64,000 nucleotides of DNA from the human T2T-CHM13v2.0 reference genome, Homo sapiens, in assembly GCF_009914755.1 (NCBI RefSeq), contig NC_060928.1. One strand, 5' to 3'. The position numbers and the translations under genes were made by a program. Positions within the stretch are counted from its first letter, which is position 1; each line of letters opens with the position of its first letter. Below, one piece after another: positions 27,301 to 41,585 of this stretch. The notes under the pieces were generated by a model. That model saw only the letters and a program-made list of their open reading frames with translations, did not search any database and was not told the origin of the DNA.

Positions 27301-27822
27301 ATTGAATCAGACACGTGTGTGAGTTCCATTGTAGAAAATGCATTCCAAAAAATGTACCACTCAGAGTTCTTAGTTGCAAACAGTAAAGCTGACTCTGGCT
27401 TGTTTAGCAGAAAGACAGTTATCTTAAAAGGACATTGGAAAGCTCACAGATCTGAAGGCCCTGAAAAACAGGACTCTGGGTCAAGGGTCCAGAGACAATT
27501 CCTAAAACCACAAGGAGGATACCCCTGCTACTGATGCCCTGTTGCTGACACTTCTGTGTGTGGAACTCTACTTCGGTCACTTTCAAAGTCTGTTACCTCT
27601 GCTTTTGCCCCCGCAAAACAAGGAGTTTGCAGTGATCTTCCTTCTTCAAGTTGCTCACCATTGCCGAATCAACTTCTCCCAGGTATACCAAGTGGCAGAG
27701 CCTCGGTCACCAGCTTACATTCTAGTTGCAAACGAAGCTGGGAATTTGAGTTTTCTAGGTTCAAATTTCAGAGAGTGAAACTCCCAAAGGAGGAATTTTC
27801 CCAAATATAAGAAAAACTTTTT

Positions 27823-27928
27823 TTTTCTGTTTTTTCTGAGACAGTGTCTCGCTCTGTCGCAGGCTGGAGTGCAGTGGCGTGATCTCGGCTTACTGCAAGC
27901 TCCGCCTCCTGGGTTCAAGCCATTCTCC
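27823..27928 (-). mobile_element. Severely 5'-truncated AluY-like element
   Basis: Only the 3' ~90 nt (ctgcaagctccgcctcc, ccattctcc); perfect TSD aagaaaaacttttt (27809-27822, 27929-27942). Confidence 0.9.
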
Positions 27929-27979
27929 AAGAAAAACTTTTTAAAAAGTACTGGGAGGTCAGAAAACACAATAAAAATC

Positions 27980-28820
27980 CATGAAATCAAATAAGAGTAA
28001 ACATACAGATCCCAATTAGGAGGCTGTTGCAGTAATTTGTTTAGGTGAGGGATCATGGAAGGCCTGATAGGGCTGGTAATGTTGTATAGGACAGTGATTC
28101 TCAAAGTATGGCTCCTGACCAGCGCATCAACATCTGCAAACTTTGTTAGAAATGCACATTTCAGGCCCCACCTTGAACTTACTGAAACTCTGAAGTTGAG
28201 GCTCAGCAAGTTGGTTTTAACAGGCCCACTCAGATGATTCTAGTGTATACTAACATTTACGAACCACTGGTAGAGGACATGGAAAGAAGAAGAAGATTTG
28301 GAAGTAGTCTATAGGACTTCTTGATGGATTGTGGAACTTAAGGGAGAGAGAGTGGAATCCAAGAGAACACCTAGATTTTCACTTAAGCAACTGGCTAGAT
28401 AGTAGTGCCTTTTACCAAGAGGGAGAGACTGTGAGATGAACTACTTAAGGAAATTAAAATTTGGGATTTTTCCAGTGAGCATTCAAAGTTCATTAGGCTC
28501 ACAGGAGGAAATGTCAGGCAGGCAGGTGGCTATGAGTCTGGTGTGTTTCGGAGAGGTCAGCGTTGAAGAACTAGGTAGGAAAAGCATGTAGAAGGTACTT
28601 CAAACAAAGGACTAGTGGGGTCACAGAGAGGATGTATACACAGAAAAGAAAATGGGATTCAAGACAGACTTCAAAGTAAAAGGCAAGTGTGAGAGGAGGA
28701 TTCTGCCAAGGAGACTGAGATGGAGAGGTCAAGTGAACATGGCAGACAACTCTTATAGAATTGGGCATCAGAAGAAGCAAGAAGAAAAAAGTGTTTAAAG
28801 GAAAAGGACATGGTCTACTC
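27980..28820 (-). mobile_element. L2 fragment, interrupted by MER5A
   Basis: ttaggaggctgttgcagtaat; aagcaactggctagatagtagtgcc; gaaatgtcaggcaggcaggtgg. Confidence 0.7.
28092..28269 (+). mobile_element. MER5A hAT-Charlie MITE
   Basis: cagtgattctcaaagt ... gaaccactg TIRs; 8-bp TSD gtatagga / gtagagga. Confidence 0.9.
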
Positions 28821-29655
28821 TAATCCAAATGAAAGATAGACAGAGGAACCTGCCAGAAATAGCAAAAAAGCAGTGCTATTCCTGGCAGTTTGTCTGGAGA
28901 CTGGAGAAGATTCTGTCAAAGACCCTGTTGGGCATCTGAACACCTTTCTCTGATTGAAGACCTAGGGATAAACCATCTTCCAGAAAATGATTTGGAGCCC
29001 CAAACCACAGGTCTGTTTCTACAGAGAAGCCAAGATGCCTGCCTCCAGAGAACAGGATGCTCTGAAACTGAGCAATAAAAGACCATCAGGACCACTGTGG
29101 GAAGACCTTTCCCCTGAGAAATTTACTTATCTTTCTAGGAAGAAAGAAAAAGAGAGTGGTAAGTAGCAGAAGTGTTTCTTCCATATATTTCTCTACTGGG
29201 AGTGTGGTGAAGTCTCCCCCCAACATGGAAACATGAAGAGTGGGGCCACATTTCCCTCACTGGCCCTGCCATGAAGTGCTTCAAGAAGGGCTGATATTAG
29301 CAGAGCCCAGTTTAAGAAGGAAGTGAGAAGCAGTTTTTCCAGAGTCATAAGGGAAATGGAAAAGGTCACATACATGACATTGTTGAGGGCTGAGAAGAAA
29401 CCTGAATTAGGGAGTTAGAATCTCAAGTTTAAATAACTCCCCAACTTCAATGTTGTGAAAAGTTTAGCAAGTCACTGAACCTCTCTGAGCCTCTCTTCAG
29501 TGATTTGTCAAGTGGAGGGCAATTTATTACTGTCCTGCCTCTGGTCAAGTGAGATAATGGTAGAAGGGCTGGATGGACTTGGCAAAGGTTACTATCATCG
29601 ATAATAGTACTAAGCAGTGTTACTTTCAAGGTGTCCGTGAGTGGGGAATCCAAGC

Positions 29656-30012
29656 TGCTATTGTTCGGATGTATTCCCCAAAATTCATGTGTTGCAAACT
29701 TGATCCCCAATGTGGTGGTACTAGGAAGTGGGATCCTTAAGAGGTGATTAGGTCACATGAATAGATTAATGTCATTATCTTGGGAGTAGGTTTGTTACAA
29801 AAGTGAGCTCAGCTCTCTCTCTCTCTCTTTCTCATGATCTATGCCCTTCCACCTTTCACTATGGGATGACACAGCAAGAAGGCCCTCTCCAGGTGCCAGC
29901 ACCTTGTTATTGGACTTTCCAGACTCCAGAACCATGAGAAGTAAATTTCTTTTCTTTGTAGATTACTCAGTTTTTGGTGTTCTCTTATAGCAACACAAAC
30001 CAGACTAAGACA
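29656..30012 (+). mobile_element. MSTD/MLT1A-like solo LTR
   Basis: tgctattgttcggatgt ... ccccaaaattcatgtgttg ... gactaagaca. Confidence 0.85.
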
Positions 30013-32329
30013 TATGTCTTTGCCACACTGGTGGCCAATTCTCCTCCATCAACTTTCTTCCCGACTTTTCCTCCAGGTTTGCCAGCTTTACCAAACTTCT
30101 CCAGTGTCAGCTATGCCCCAAGACTCCAAGAGGCAGAATTTACGTTTCTTAGCCTCTCCAGTGAGATTGCAGTTAGCATTTAAAAACTCCTGCACACTGT
30201 AACATTCTTGAACCATACCTCTGATGTTATCACTGCCTCTGGTTACAAGGTTCTAGAGAAACACATGTCTCTGAAATGAGCTCCTTTTTATCAGATAAAT
30301 TTCTGAATTCAGTAGGAAAAACTCTTCCATTTCACAAACAGGCCCCCATCCCCAAGGCTGTTCCAAAAATTGGATGTCCATGGTAAATTATCTAGTGATA
30401 TTCCCTATGCTTGCATTCCCTATCACGTGTTGCACAACCAGTAATGCTTTGACCTGAGAAAGCCTACCTAATCATCAGATGCATCCTACAGATGAGAACC
30501 ACAGGTCCTAGAGGGGCCAAACAACATGGCCAAGATCTCACTTCAGGGCAGAGTCACAGTGGTAGGCTGGAAACCAGGCCTTTTCACCCCCACTGGGTGC
30601 AACCATGTTTAGCCCCTTAGTAGTATGGCTTTGCCTACACTCTGCATATCTACTTAACAAACACTTGTAGAGCACTTACAGTGTGTTGGGCGCTGCATAA
30701 AGCACTTTGCAGACATTAACTCACTTAATTCTTAGAGTAGCCCTAGCTGTGCAGCCTTACGGAAGCTACTCAACCTCTCTGTGACTCAGTTTTCCCATCC
30801 GAAAAAAAGGGATTGTTGTAACAGTCTCATGAGTTAACACACTGAAAGAACTTAAAACAGTGGCTAGTACAGGGCAAACACTTACATGATTAAGTCCATA
30901 GGGTACACAATGGGCCAAGGACAGTGATGGACACAGAACACAAAGCAGGAGCACATACCCCGGTCTCATGGGGTGAGGGAAATGTTTGTAGGAAGCCACC
31001 TATTTGGTCAACCCCTGAGCCATGTTTACACTAGTGAGAAAGCTCATCACATCTTTGCTCTGGTCCTCTCCCATGGTTCAGTATGCCATGCAGCATCAGA
31101 CAAGAGTAAATGTGCCCTCCAAGATGTAAAGATGCATTTGCTAGTCTTTATTTACGGATATACTGACAATGGAAAACATGTTCCCCTATATGAGCAGCCC
31201 TGAGAACAACGCCAAAGATTTCCTGTAATGAAAGGCTCTAAAAATACTTTTTGATGATGGAGGGAGTGGAAATTGAGCAACACCAACTGAGTGAAATACG
31301 GAAATGATACCAAATGGCACCGAAGCAGCAGAGCAGGCAGCCCACCTGGCCTTTGATCCCTCAGTCTTGCCCGAAGACTCAGTGCATTTGGGGTTTTTTC
31401 CAGGAGGCTGTGCTGTGCCTTTGTGTTTACATGCTCCATCTAATTTTCTAGAGAAAAAAATTAGTCAGCCATGACTAATGCTGAATTATAGCATAAAATG
31501 GTTGCCAGCAAATTGAACACCCAAGTAATCTAACTTTCTCTTTTTTGTGATCTGCTGAAGATCTCCAAGAAATGGGAATATGTTCTGTGTTTTGGGCCCT
31601 CAACTCCTTCCATATTTACTACCAAATTATTGTTAAAGTCAGATATATTGCATATCCTGTCCTATTTTTGTTAGATTTAACCATTTTGTTAAACTGTTGT
31701 GGAATAGTGTTTATAGTTTGTGACTTGGTCATGGATATGATATTTTACTCTCATCTCTGCTCTTTGAGAGAGTCACTATCCCCACCACCACCACCTCCCT
31801 TTTACAGAGGAAGAAATTGAGGCACAGAGCTGCAAAGGAGTTTGTCTGAGGTCACACCACCGGCCGATGACAGCCTTCCGACTACCCAGTCCCTCTGCTG
31901 GGTTGATCCTGTGGATTTCCATTTTACTATCGGTTTAGGGTATCCTAGTCATTACAAATCTCTGTTTGTTATGGCCCATCTCCAAAGGAGGCCTTGGCCT
32001 GGCCAAGAGGAGCCTTCTCTTTTTCTTCGCAAGTAAGTTTTTCCTCTTCTCCTGTCTGGAAAAGGTGGGTCGGCAGCCAATTCAGTGAGCAACTCAGTGA
32101 TTTAGGAACAAATATGTGGGACAGCTGAGCCTCTCCAGATGTTGAACTAAATAAGGCACAATTGGGCTTTTGGGGTCTGACGCCTCTTTATGGCAAACTG
32201 GGAGCAGAAGGGGCCCCTAGAACAGTTGACAGTATAATAAGATTCTCATTCAAAAGTGCCTACGTTGTGCCAGAAAGTTTACAGAGTGGTAGGGCTCAGA
32301 ATAAATAGCTGGCAAATTATACACTATGA

Positions 32330-32640
32330 TAAAACATTACAATTTTCTTCCTTTCAATACCCCACTCTGGAGGAATACTATCCACTCCTGCACTGTTGAA
32401 TTCAGGAGTGGCTATGGGACTTGTGTTGGCTAGTGACGTGTAGACAGAGTTGACACATGTCTTCCAGCACTTGGTTTGCCATCTGTCTTTTTCATCCACC
32501 ACGTAGACTGGCAATGTTCCAGGTACGCCCTGAACACTAGAGAGAATGGGAGAAGCCAAGCTTCAGTCAATCCGCAATGGACCCTCTTTGTTGTAAGCCA
32601 CTGATGCTTTCAGATTGTTGTTACAGCAGCATGGCCTAGC
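32330..32640 (+). mobile_element. MLT1-family LTR fragment
   Basis: ctttgttgtaagccactga ... ttgttacagcagcatggcctagc end. Confidence 0.55.
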
Positions 32641-32699
32641 CCCTTGTGATGGGAAAACTTGCATGAGATCCCATAACTGGTACATAGTAAAGCCAGGAT

Positions 32700-32930
32700 A
32701 GTTCATCTGCAGCATTTAATAAGTGCTTACTATGTGCATAAACCATGCTAAGTACTTTCTACATATTATCTTCATTAATTCTCACAATGAGCTCATAACT
32801 TGTATAAAGAATTCTTACCTCAATTTTTAAATTGATGTTTCAACTCACACAGCTTGTAAGGAGCAGATCCAGGACTTGAACCCAGGTTGTTCTGAATCCA
32901 TAGCCCAAGCTCTTAATCACTAATCCATAT
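32700..32930 (-). mobile_element. MIR
   Basis: agtgcttactatgtgc ... ccaggacttgaacccagg ... ctcttaatcacta. Confidence 0.75.
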
Positions 32931-33122
32931 TGAATCCTTGTTCAGTTCTTGAAGACAGAGAGCTTGAGAAGTTGAAAAGAGTGGAATGAATTTGCCAACC
33001 ACTGTGAGACTGTCAGATGTTATGTATGCAACTTACAAAGTTAAGAAAATAGTATGAACTGCCCCAGTTTATGACCAATCATCTAATGAACACTCTGGGA
33101 GTGGGCAAAAGAGGTAGAAGTG

Positions 33123-34213
33123 CAGGTTAAGTGTCCTTTATCCAAAATGCTTGGGATCCAAAGTGTCTGGGATTTTGGAATATTTGCATATATATAATGA
33201 GATACCATGCGGATGGCACCCAAGTCTAAACAGGAAATTATTTTATGTTTTATATACACCTTATACACATAGCCTGAAGGTAATTTTACACAGTATCTTA
33301 AATAATTTTGTGCATGAAACAAAGTTTGTGTGCATCGAACCATCAGAAAGCAAAGGTGACCCTAGCTCAGCCACCCATGTGGACAATCTGTGGTTATTTG
33401 GCATCACCATCATTCCTGACTCTGAATGTAGATGCTACTGAGAAGCAACTGTTTTCTTACATTTATTCACACATAAGTGTGAATTTTAAGGTAAAAAACA
33501 TGACAAACCGTTAATGCAGTGAAAAAATAGAGTGTTCAGGGTAACCAAGCAGCACAGTAGCATGCCCAGAATACCTGCATCAGCTGTGAAACAACAGCAA
33601 GAGATAACAGCAGGCGTTCAGTCTCCACCTGTGATGCTGTGTTTTGATTAAAAGATTACTGTACACTGTATTCTATTTTTTAGGTGAGGAGAAACACTGG
33701 AAGCAGTTGAGGGACCAGGATGTGGGTCCTCCAAGGATGAAGAGGCATGCTAGTGGATAGCTTTTTTCAAATGTTTCCTCCAGTGTCACTGGCCTTAGTA
33801 ACAGTGGTTTTTGTCTTAGGGGGTCTCTCTTTGATTTTATAAGCTGACATGATTTCTTGTTCTGTTATGAAGGCACACACAGCTCTAGTCCTTCAACAAA
33901 CCCATCATACATTTTTACCATATTATAACTTAGGCTGTTTTTCTGCAGTGTTAACATCATCTTCACCATTGTGCACCTGTGTTTTGACTGCAACTCATAA
34001 CATGAGGTCAGGTGTGGAATTTTCCACCTGTGCATCGTGTGAGACTGAGGCAGGAGAATCGCTTGAACCCAGGAGGCGGAGGTTGCAGTGAGCTGAGATC
34101 GTGCCACTGCACTCCAGCCCCGGTGACAGAGTGAGACTCCCTCTCAAAAAAAAAAGTTTCAGATTTTGGAACATTTGAGATTTCAGATTTTTGGATTAGG
34201 GACTCCAAATCTG
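33123..34213 (+). mobile_element. Tigger4 (Zombi/MER46) internal-deletion derivative
   Basis: caggttaagtgtcctttatccaaaatgcttggga start; tttcagatttttggattaggga...ctg|ta end. Confidence 0.85.
34041..34155 (+). mobile_element. AluS right-arm fragment inside Tigger4
   Basis: gagactgaggcaggagaatcgcttgaacc ... gagactccctctcaaaa; no TSD visible. Confidence 0.9.
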
Positions 34214-34399
34214 TATTTGGAACTTGCTTGATATTCCCCCATTCATTGTTAACTCCTTCCCCAATTAAGAACTCCCGCTCAGCTGCTGACCAGAGTTTCT
34301 GCCATCTCTCCTTTAGAGGACAAACAAAGATACAAAGAGCTCCCCTCCACTCTGTGGGTGGAGGCAATCATAACACGGGGAACAGAAAGAACAAAAAGT

Positions 34400-34610
34400 T
34401 TGGAATGATAGAGACCTGAGTTCAAGCTCTGGCTCTGCCACTTACCAGATTTGGGACTTCGGGCAAGTTGCTGCATTTTCTCCATCTGTAAAACAGGATA
34501 AATAAGATAATGATGGTTACCTCACTGGGTAATTCAGGGTATAAAAGGCATCATTCTGACAAGTGTCTGTGCAGGGTCTGGCATGTAATAGGTACTCAAT
34601 GAATATTCGT
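34400..34610 (+). mobile_element. MIR
   Basis: agacctgagttcaagctctggctctgccacttacc ... gggcaagtt ... ctgtaaaa ... taggtactcaatgaata. Confidence 0.8.
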
Positions 34611-34815
34611 TCCCGTAGGAATTTACCAGGGAAACACCGTGTGGACTCACCTGCTTTTCTGCCTGCTCTTGCCCTTTGCTCCTAACCTCCCTATCCCTTC
34701 CATGCTGCTGTGGTCCCAGATGGAAGTGCTATCTGATCTTATTCAGACCTGAACACACATCTGTTCTCAGGAACATGGTTTTAAAATGAAGATTGGTTGG
34801 CTTGAAAACAGGTTT

Positions 34816-35193
34816 TGTGTTAGTCCATTTATGTTATTATAAAGGAATATCCAAGACTGGGTAATTATAATTGTTCTTTTGGCTCAAGGGTCTGCAGGTT
34901 GCACACAAAGCATAGTATCAGCATCTACTTCTGGCAAGGCCTAAGGAAGCTTATAATCATGGAGGAAGGCAAAGGTGAGCCAGTGTGTCCCATAGCAAGG
35001 GAGGGAGCAAAAAAGGGGAAGAGGTGCCAGGCTCCTTTTAAACAACCAGCTCTTGCTTTAACTTATCACCCAGGGCATGGTGTGAAGCCATTAATGAGGG
35101 ATCCACCCCGTGATGTAATACCCCCCACCAGGCTTCACCTCCAATACTGAGAACACATGAGATTTGGAGGGGACACACTTCCCAACCATATCA
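34816..35193 (-). mobile_element. MSTB-like solo LTR
   Basis: tgtgttagtccatt ... ggaagcttataatcatggaggaaggcaaagg ... aaccatatca. Confidence 0.85.
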
Positions 35194-35592
35194 GGGCTGG
35201 ACATAAAGAATATTAAGAGTTAAACAAGCCACAGGCTCAGTCTAGGAAACTACTTTTTGGAATATCATTAAAAGAGGAAAATGTAAACAACTTCAAATAC
35301 TCAACTCCTAGCAAACATATGGATCACTCTCTTTTGGAAAGGAGGGGTGAATACCTGTACTTGTATGCATTAATCCCAACCATTACTTATTACATGAAAT
35401 CATGAAAGAAAAAGTACATATTTTGACCATTTCCAGCTAACTCTTACAGATATAAAAACATTTTCTAAGTGACCAGCTGAGCGCCATTTCCATCTTCTTC
35501 TTAGCCTCTCAGCCCTTAAGCCCTTCATGGCTGAGGTGGGGAGCCAGGGGACCTAAGATTCAGCCTCAGGCACATGCCCTCTGGGTCACTGA

Positions 35593-35923
<331 letters not shown>

Positions 35924-36179
35924 TAAGAGGGTTAAAGTAAGGAAAGTTTGTCAAACATACAACTCCTTCCATAGTGGAAGGTTGAAGGTCAGAGAGAGAA
36001 AACCTGCAGGTTCAGTGAAGGTACAGAGGAGAGAAGTTTCATTTCACTATTGGCAGTTTGAAATTTTCTCTCCAATCACGAAATTGACCATGTTGAGAAG
36101 AAAGCATGGTAGGTGTTCCTTTCCCATTTTATCTGTGTAATCCAGGTCTCCTGGAAAGAAACATACATCACTGAGAGGC

Positions 36180-36410
36180 AGAAAGGGGCAGTGACAGTGC
36201 CCATAGAGTCAGACAGAGCCAGATTCAAATACTGTGTCTGACATAAACAACTTGTTAATGGAGGCAGGAAGCTTAACCTGTGGGTTGCAGTGCCTCAACC
36301 ATCAAATGGGAATAATAACTCATATTTGACAGAGTATTGCAAAAATTAGAGGTATTGTATAAAAATACCTAGTGCACAGTAAGTATTCAATAAATGATTA
36401 CTGTTATTGT
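36180..36410 (+). mobile_element. MIR
   Basis: agagtcagacagagccagattcaaat ... aaatgggaataata ... gcacagtaagtattcaataaatg. Confidence 0.75.
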
Positions 36411-36591
36411 TAATGCAGTGTAAAGTCAAGTTGACAATCTGATATTTATGAATACCAGCTGAGCAAGAATTACATTTCAAAACCTGTCAGACTGAGTCTC
36501 AAGCAGCAGGCTAAGGATTTATCCAGGCTTTTTTGTTTGTTTGTTTTTACTATTATACTTTGGATTTACTCCAAAAACTATAACTATATAG

Positions 36592-36958
<367 letters not shown>

Positions 36959-36984
36959 TAATTTCTAATTAAAACTAAATCCAG

Positions 36985-37321
36985 GGCCAGGCACAGTGGC
37001 TCATGCCTATAATTCCAGCACTTTGGGCAGCAGAGGCTGGCAGATTGCTTGAGCCCAGGAATTGGAGGCCAGCCTGGGCAACATGGTGAAACCTTGTCTC
37101 TACAAAAAAAAAATACATAAATTAGCCAGGTGTGGTGGCAGGTGCCTCTGGTTTCAGCTACTCAGGAGGCTGAGGTGAAAGGATCACCTGAGCCCAGGGA
37201 GATTGAGGCTGTGGTGTGCCAGGTTCACATCACTGTGACTCCATCCTGAGTGACAAAATGAGACCCTGTGTCAAAAACAAACAAACAAAAAAAAAAACAA
37301 ACAAAAAAACCCCCAAAACTA
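36985..37321 (+). mobile_element. AluJ
   Basis: TSD aaaactaaatccag (36971-36984, 37322-37335). Confidence 0.9.
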
Positions 37322-37333
37322 AAAACTAAATCC

Positions 37334-37648
<315 letters not shown>

Positions 37649-37819
37649 AAAACTAAATCTTCCTATAGATAAATTTGATTAAGCAGCTTATTTACTTTCA
37701 AAGAAAAATCAAAAGATTTTTAAAAATTAATTATGCTTTAGGGAATATATATAGATGGAAGCCAGTATAAGGTTGTTTGGATTGCAAAACTTTCCATAAA
37801 CTTTTTCAGTCCCTTTCTA

Positions 37820-38280
37820 CATTCCTTATTGTAATGTGATTTCAACTCTTCTCCCATTAGGATGGTTTATTTCTCAACATCTTGACTTTAGGCTTGGTTG
37901 TATGACTCACTTTTACCAATAGGACAATGGCAAATGTGATATAAGCATAGGCACACTGGGGTCTGCCCTCTCTTGCTTCCCTGAGACCACAATGTAAGCT
38001 TAGGTTAGCCTACTAGACAATGAGAAGTCACATGGTAACAACAGGTTTTTTCCAGCTGGTAACAAATGCCAACTTCCAGACATGTTAGCAAAATAATCTT
38101 GGATGATCTAGCCTCAATTGAGCTACCAGATAGCTACAACCTAGGAATGACTGCAAGTGAAACCAACAGATGAACTATCTAGCTGAACCCAGCCCAAATT
38201 GCTGACCCAGAGAATCATGAGCAAGTAAAATGGTTGTTGTTTAAAACCAGTTTTGAAGTGATTTTTTATGCACAAAATCT
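37820..38280 (+). mobile_element. MLT1H-like LTR
   Basis: agctgaacccagcccaaattgctgacccagagaatcatgagcaagtaaaatggttgttgtttaa. Confidence 0.75.
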
Positions 38281-39116
38281 ACAATGGGTGATTCTGTGGG
38301 TGGCTGCTTGGTTCATAATAAATACTCATCCTATAGGCACTATCTCCTATGTCACTGGTGTAGGCTCCCAGCAGCCCTGCTACCTTGGCCATAGTCACTT
38401 GATCAAGGGTGGAGACTGTCTAAGGATGGACCAGTCACATTCCCTGTCACATCAGGACAGTGTTCTAGGTGGATGGCCCATGGACTTCAGTTGCTGAGGT
38501 CTCCAAGTTTGTCTTGATTCTAGTCTTCTCAAGGCCTGGTTATTCTACAGTTCCTCAGATTTGATGTTTTTCCCTGGTATCCTTCGGATAAATTGCATTT
38601 ACCCTCAAGATAGCTAGAGTTGGTTTCTGTTACTTGTACTACAAAATTATTGATTAATAAAAGCCCCCTATGAAGAGCTTTACCCTCCAGATGAGGAAAA
38701 GGGAGTCAGTAAGTATGCTTAAAACCTTCCTTGTGCACAGAGCACCATGCTGGCTTTTGCAGAGGAAGAAAAAGTGAAGAGAAGGCGCCAAATTTACCCT
38801 CATGGAGTCTCCAATATATGAGTCCTTCTGGCTCAATTTTCTGCCTACTTTCTCTCTTGATTTGCAGACCTGGAAATGAAAGAGAATTCTGTCAATGGTG
38901 TAGACTTTGAATTATTTCTAATTAACTTGAATTGTAAAACCATGTGTCATCCTTGGCTTTACCAGGAAAACCCACAAGCAGTTCTGATTCTTCACTACTT
39001 GCCTAAAGCCATTCAGATCCTTGAAAGATGAGGAACTAAAAGCCACTTCTCTTCCTGAATATCCTGCAGCCCAAAAGGGAGCTAATAATTTTCCTTGTGA
39101 CTTTTAAGAAGACTTT

Positions 39117-39120
<4 letters not shown>

Positions 39121-39175
<55 letters not shown>
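39121..39175. repeat. (CT)n microsatellite
   Basis: About 27 units with one interruption. Confidence 0.95.
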
Positions 39176-39180
<5 letters not shown>

Positions 39181-39869
39181 AGTCCCTTTCAGAATGCAGA
39201 TACTATGAGGAATAGTCATTCCTTAAAATGATCTATCATTTTACTTTTACTTGGGAAGAAAGGGTTTAGAGACCTCAGGATGAACTTTGTTAGAAGGACT
39301 GTGAGACCCTGATGGGAAGTACATGGAGAAGGCAAAAAGAAACAGGAAGAAGGTAGGAGATACTCATATGCTAGACACTTTCATGTATAAGATCCAAGCA
39401 ACTCTGTGAAGTAGATATCAGTGTTCTCATTTTACATCTGAGGAAATGGAGGCCTGGAAAGGTGAAGGAGGAGGTCTAAGGTCACAAGAGTCTTGATTTG
39501 AGTCCAGACTTGTTGCACAAGTTCCAGTTTTTCCACCATCTGGATGCTTTTCCAAGAAGAATGGAGGAGAAGCTGAGTTGGGGTGGGGATAGATGATGCC
39601 ATGCCCCTTATTAACAATGATTAGAAATGATAACTCCACAGCCTTCTCCAGCTACCAAGATGTCTCTATCCCAGTACTTCCCAAAGAACAACTATGTGTT
39701 AGGACTATCTCTGTGAGAAAATTTCCCAAAGTGTGTATATCAATAAGTTTTACATAAAAAGAAGAATTTCTTCATTCAATAAGATTTGAACTGTTTACCT
39801 TGTGCAGGACACCTTAGAACCTTCAGCGTGTTTATAGTACCTCCATGAATTTCCAAGAGGAAGATATAG

Positions 39870-40625
39870 TGTGATATTAATTAGGACATACCTTGGGCCA
39901 CTATAACAAAGATACCCTAAAGTACAGTGGCTAAAGGAGGGTAGAACTTATCTTTCATATATCAGTACAGAGATGAATGGTCCAAAGCTGGCCAAGTGGC
40001 TCTTCCATCTCAACCCATGGCTTTCAAGATGGTACCAGCAGTTACCATTTCTCAGGCAGAGGAAGCTGGAAGAGAGAGAGTCCAGGGCAAGAAGCTTTCT
40101 CTCTCTCTCTCTCTCTCTTTTTTTTTTTTTGAGACGGAGTCTCACTCTATCGCCCAGGCTGGGGTGCAGTGGCGCGATCTTGGCTGACTGCAAACTCCGC
40201 TTCCCGAGTTCACGCCATTCTCCTGCCTCAGCCTCCTAAGTAGCTAGGACTACAGGCGCCCGCCACCGTGCCCGGCTAATTTTTTGTATTTTTAGTAGAA
40301 ATGGGGTTTCACCGTGTTAGCCAGGGTGGTCTCGATCTCCTGATCTCGTGATCTGCCCGCCTCGGCCTCCCAAAGTGCTGGGATTACAGGCGTGAGCCAC
40401 CGTGCCCAGCCAAGAAGCTTTCTCTTTAAGGAGATAATGTAGAAGTTACACACATCACTTGCAATTCATTTCACTGGCCTGAATTCAATCACATGAACAC
40501 AGATACAAGGGAATCTAGGAGATGCAGTCTCCAATTAGGTGCCCAAGTGTCAGGCTGAAACTCCAAGTGTTTTTTACCAAAATGCATCAGGGGAGGACAA
40601 ATACCAAAGGACAACTGGTAGTTTG
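39870..40625 (-). mobile_element. MLT1J-like LTR interrupted by AluY
   Basis: ctataacaaagataccctaaagtacagtggctaaa; ttcactggcctgaattcaatcacatg ... tacaagggaatctaggagatgcagtct. Confidence 0.6.
40103..40411 (-). mobile_element. AluY
   Basis: Y diagnostics (ttcacgccattctcc, caccgtgttagcca, gatctcctga), many CpGs; perfect TSD aagaagctttctct (40089-40102, 40412-40425). Confidence 0.95.
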
Positions 40626-41199
40626 TCATTGTCCCCAGATTTATTTACCCACAAAACTCTTTTTTTATGCAATGTCCCCTAGAGCTAGTATCTTATTCTA
40701 TAATGTATCTGTCAGGATAAGACAGTTAATGATGCAGTAACAAACACCCCCACATCTCAGAGGCTTAAAACAACATAAGTTTAGTTCTTGTACATGTCCA
40801 CGGCGTGGTAGGGGAGATGGTCTGCTCTTCTCTCTGGTAAGGAGGTTGATGGAGAAGCTATCAACTAGAACAAGACTGATTTCCAGAGTAAAAGGAGAAA
40901 GAGTGTGGGTGAATCAGGCACCATCACATCCAACTTCCAAGAAAGCTGAGTAGGGTCTAATGGCATTTCATTGCCTTTGTCACATGCATCTTCCTCAAAC
41001 CAGGCCTTTGTTCTCAGAATGAGGAAACAAAGGGATATTATCAGACAGATCCCACCCTGGTTCTCCCACAGTCTATTGAGGGGAAAGGGGCCTCTTTCTG
41101 TTTCTCTTGCCCGGTCTCCCACCATGTTGCATCAGCTGGAGTACCAAATACTAGCTCTGGATGATGATGGTAATTGGCAAAACATGTTTCCAGTTACTG

Positions 41200-41585
41200 T
41201 TCTTGGCCCATACTGCCAAGAGGCAGAGGTTATTTCTCCAGCCATTAAATCTGGGCTGGGTTTGTGACTTGCTCTGATTAATAGAATGGGCAGAAGTGAC
41301 ATCGTGACAGTTCCAAGCCTCGGCCTCAAGAGGCCTTATACACATTCACTGTCTCCCACAGGTTGCTGCCACCAGTGTGTAATCACTATGTGATCAAGCT
41401 TGGGGTCGTCTGCTGGAGGGTGACAGGCCACATGGGGCAGAAATGAGCCATCCCAGCTAAGATCATCCTACATCAGGCAGCCCCAGCCAAGCCCAGCCCA
41501 GAATAATGGCCCATGGTAGATAAATGGTGATTGTTTTACACTACTTGATTTTAGGTGATATGGTGTAGGCAAAAGCAAACTGACA
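41200..41585 (+). mobile_element. MLT1F-like LTR
   Basis: aatctgggctgggtttgtgacttgctctga ... gttccaagcctcggcctcaagaggcctt. Confidence 0.7.
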
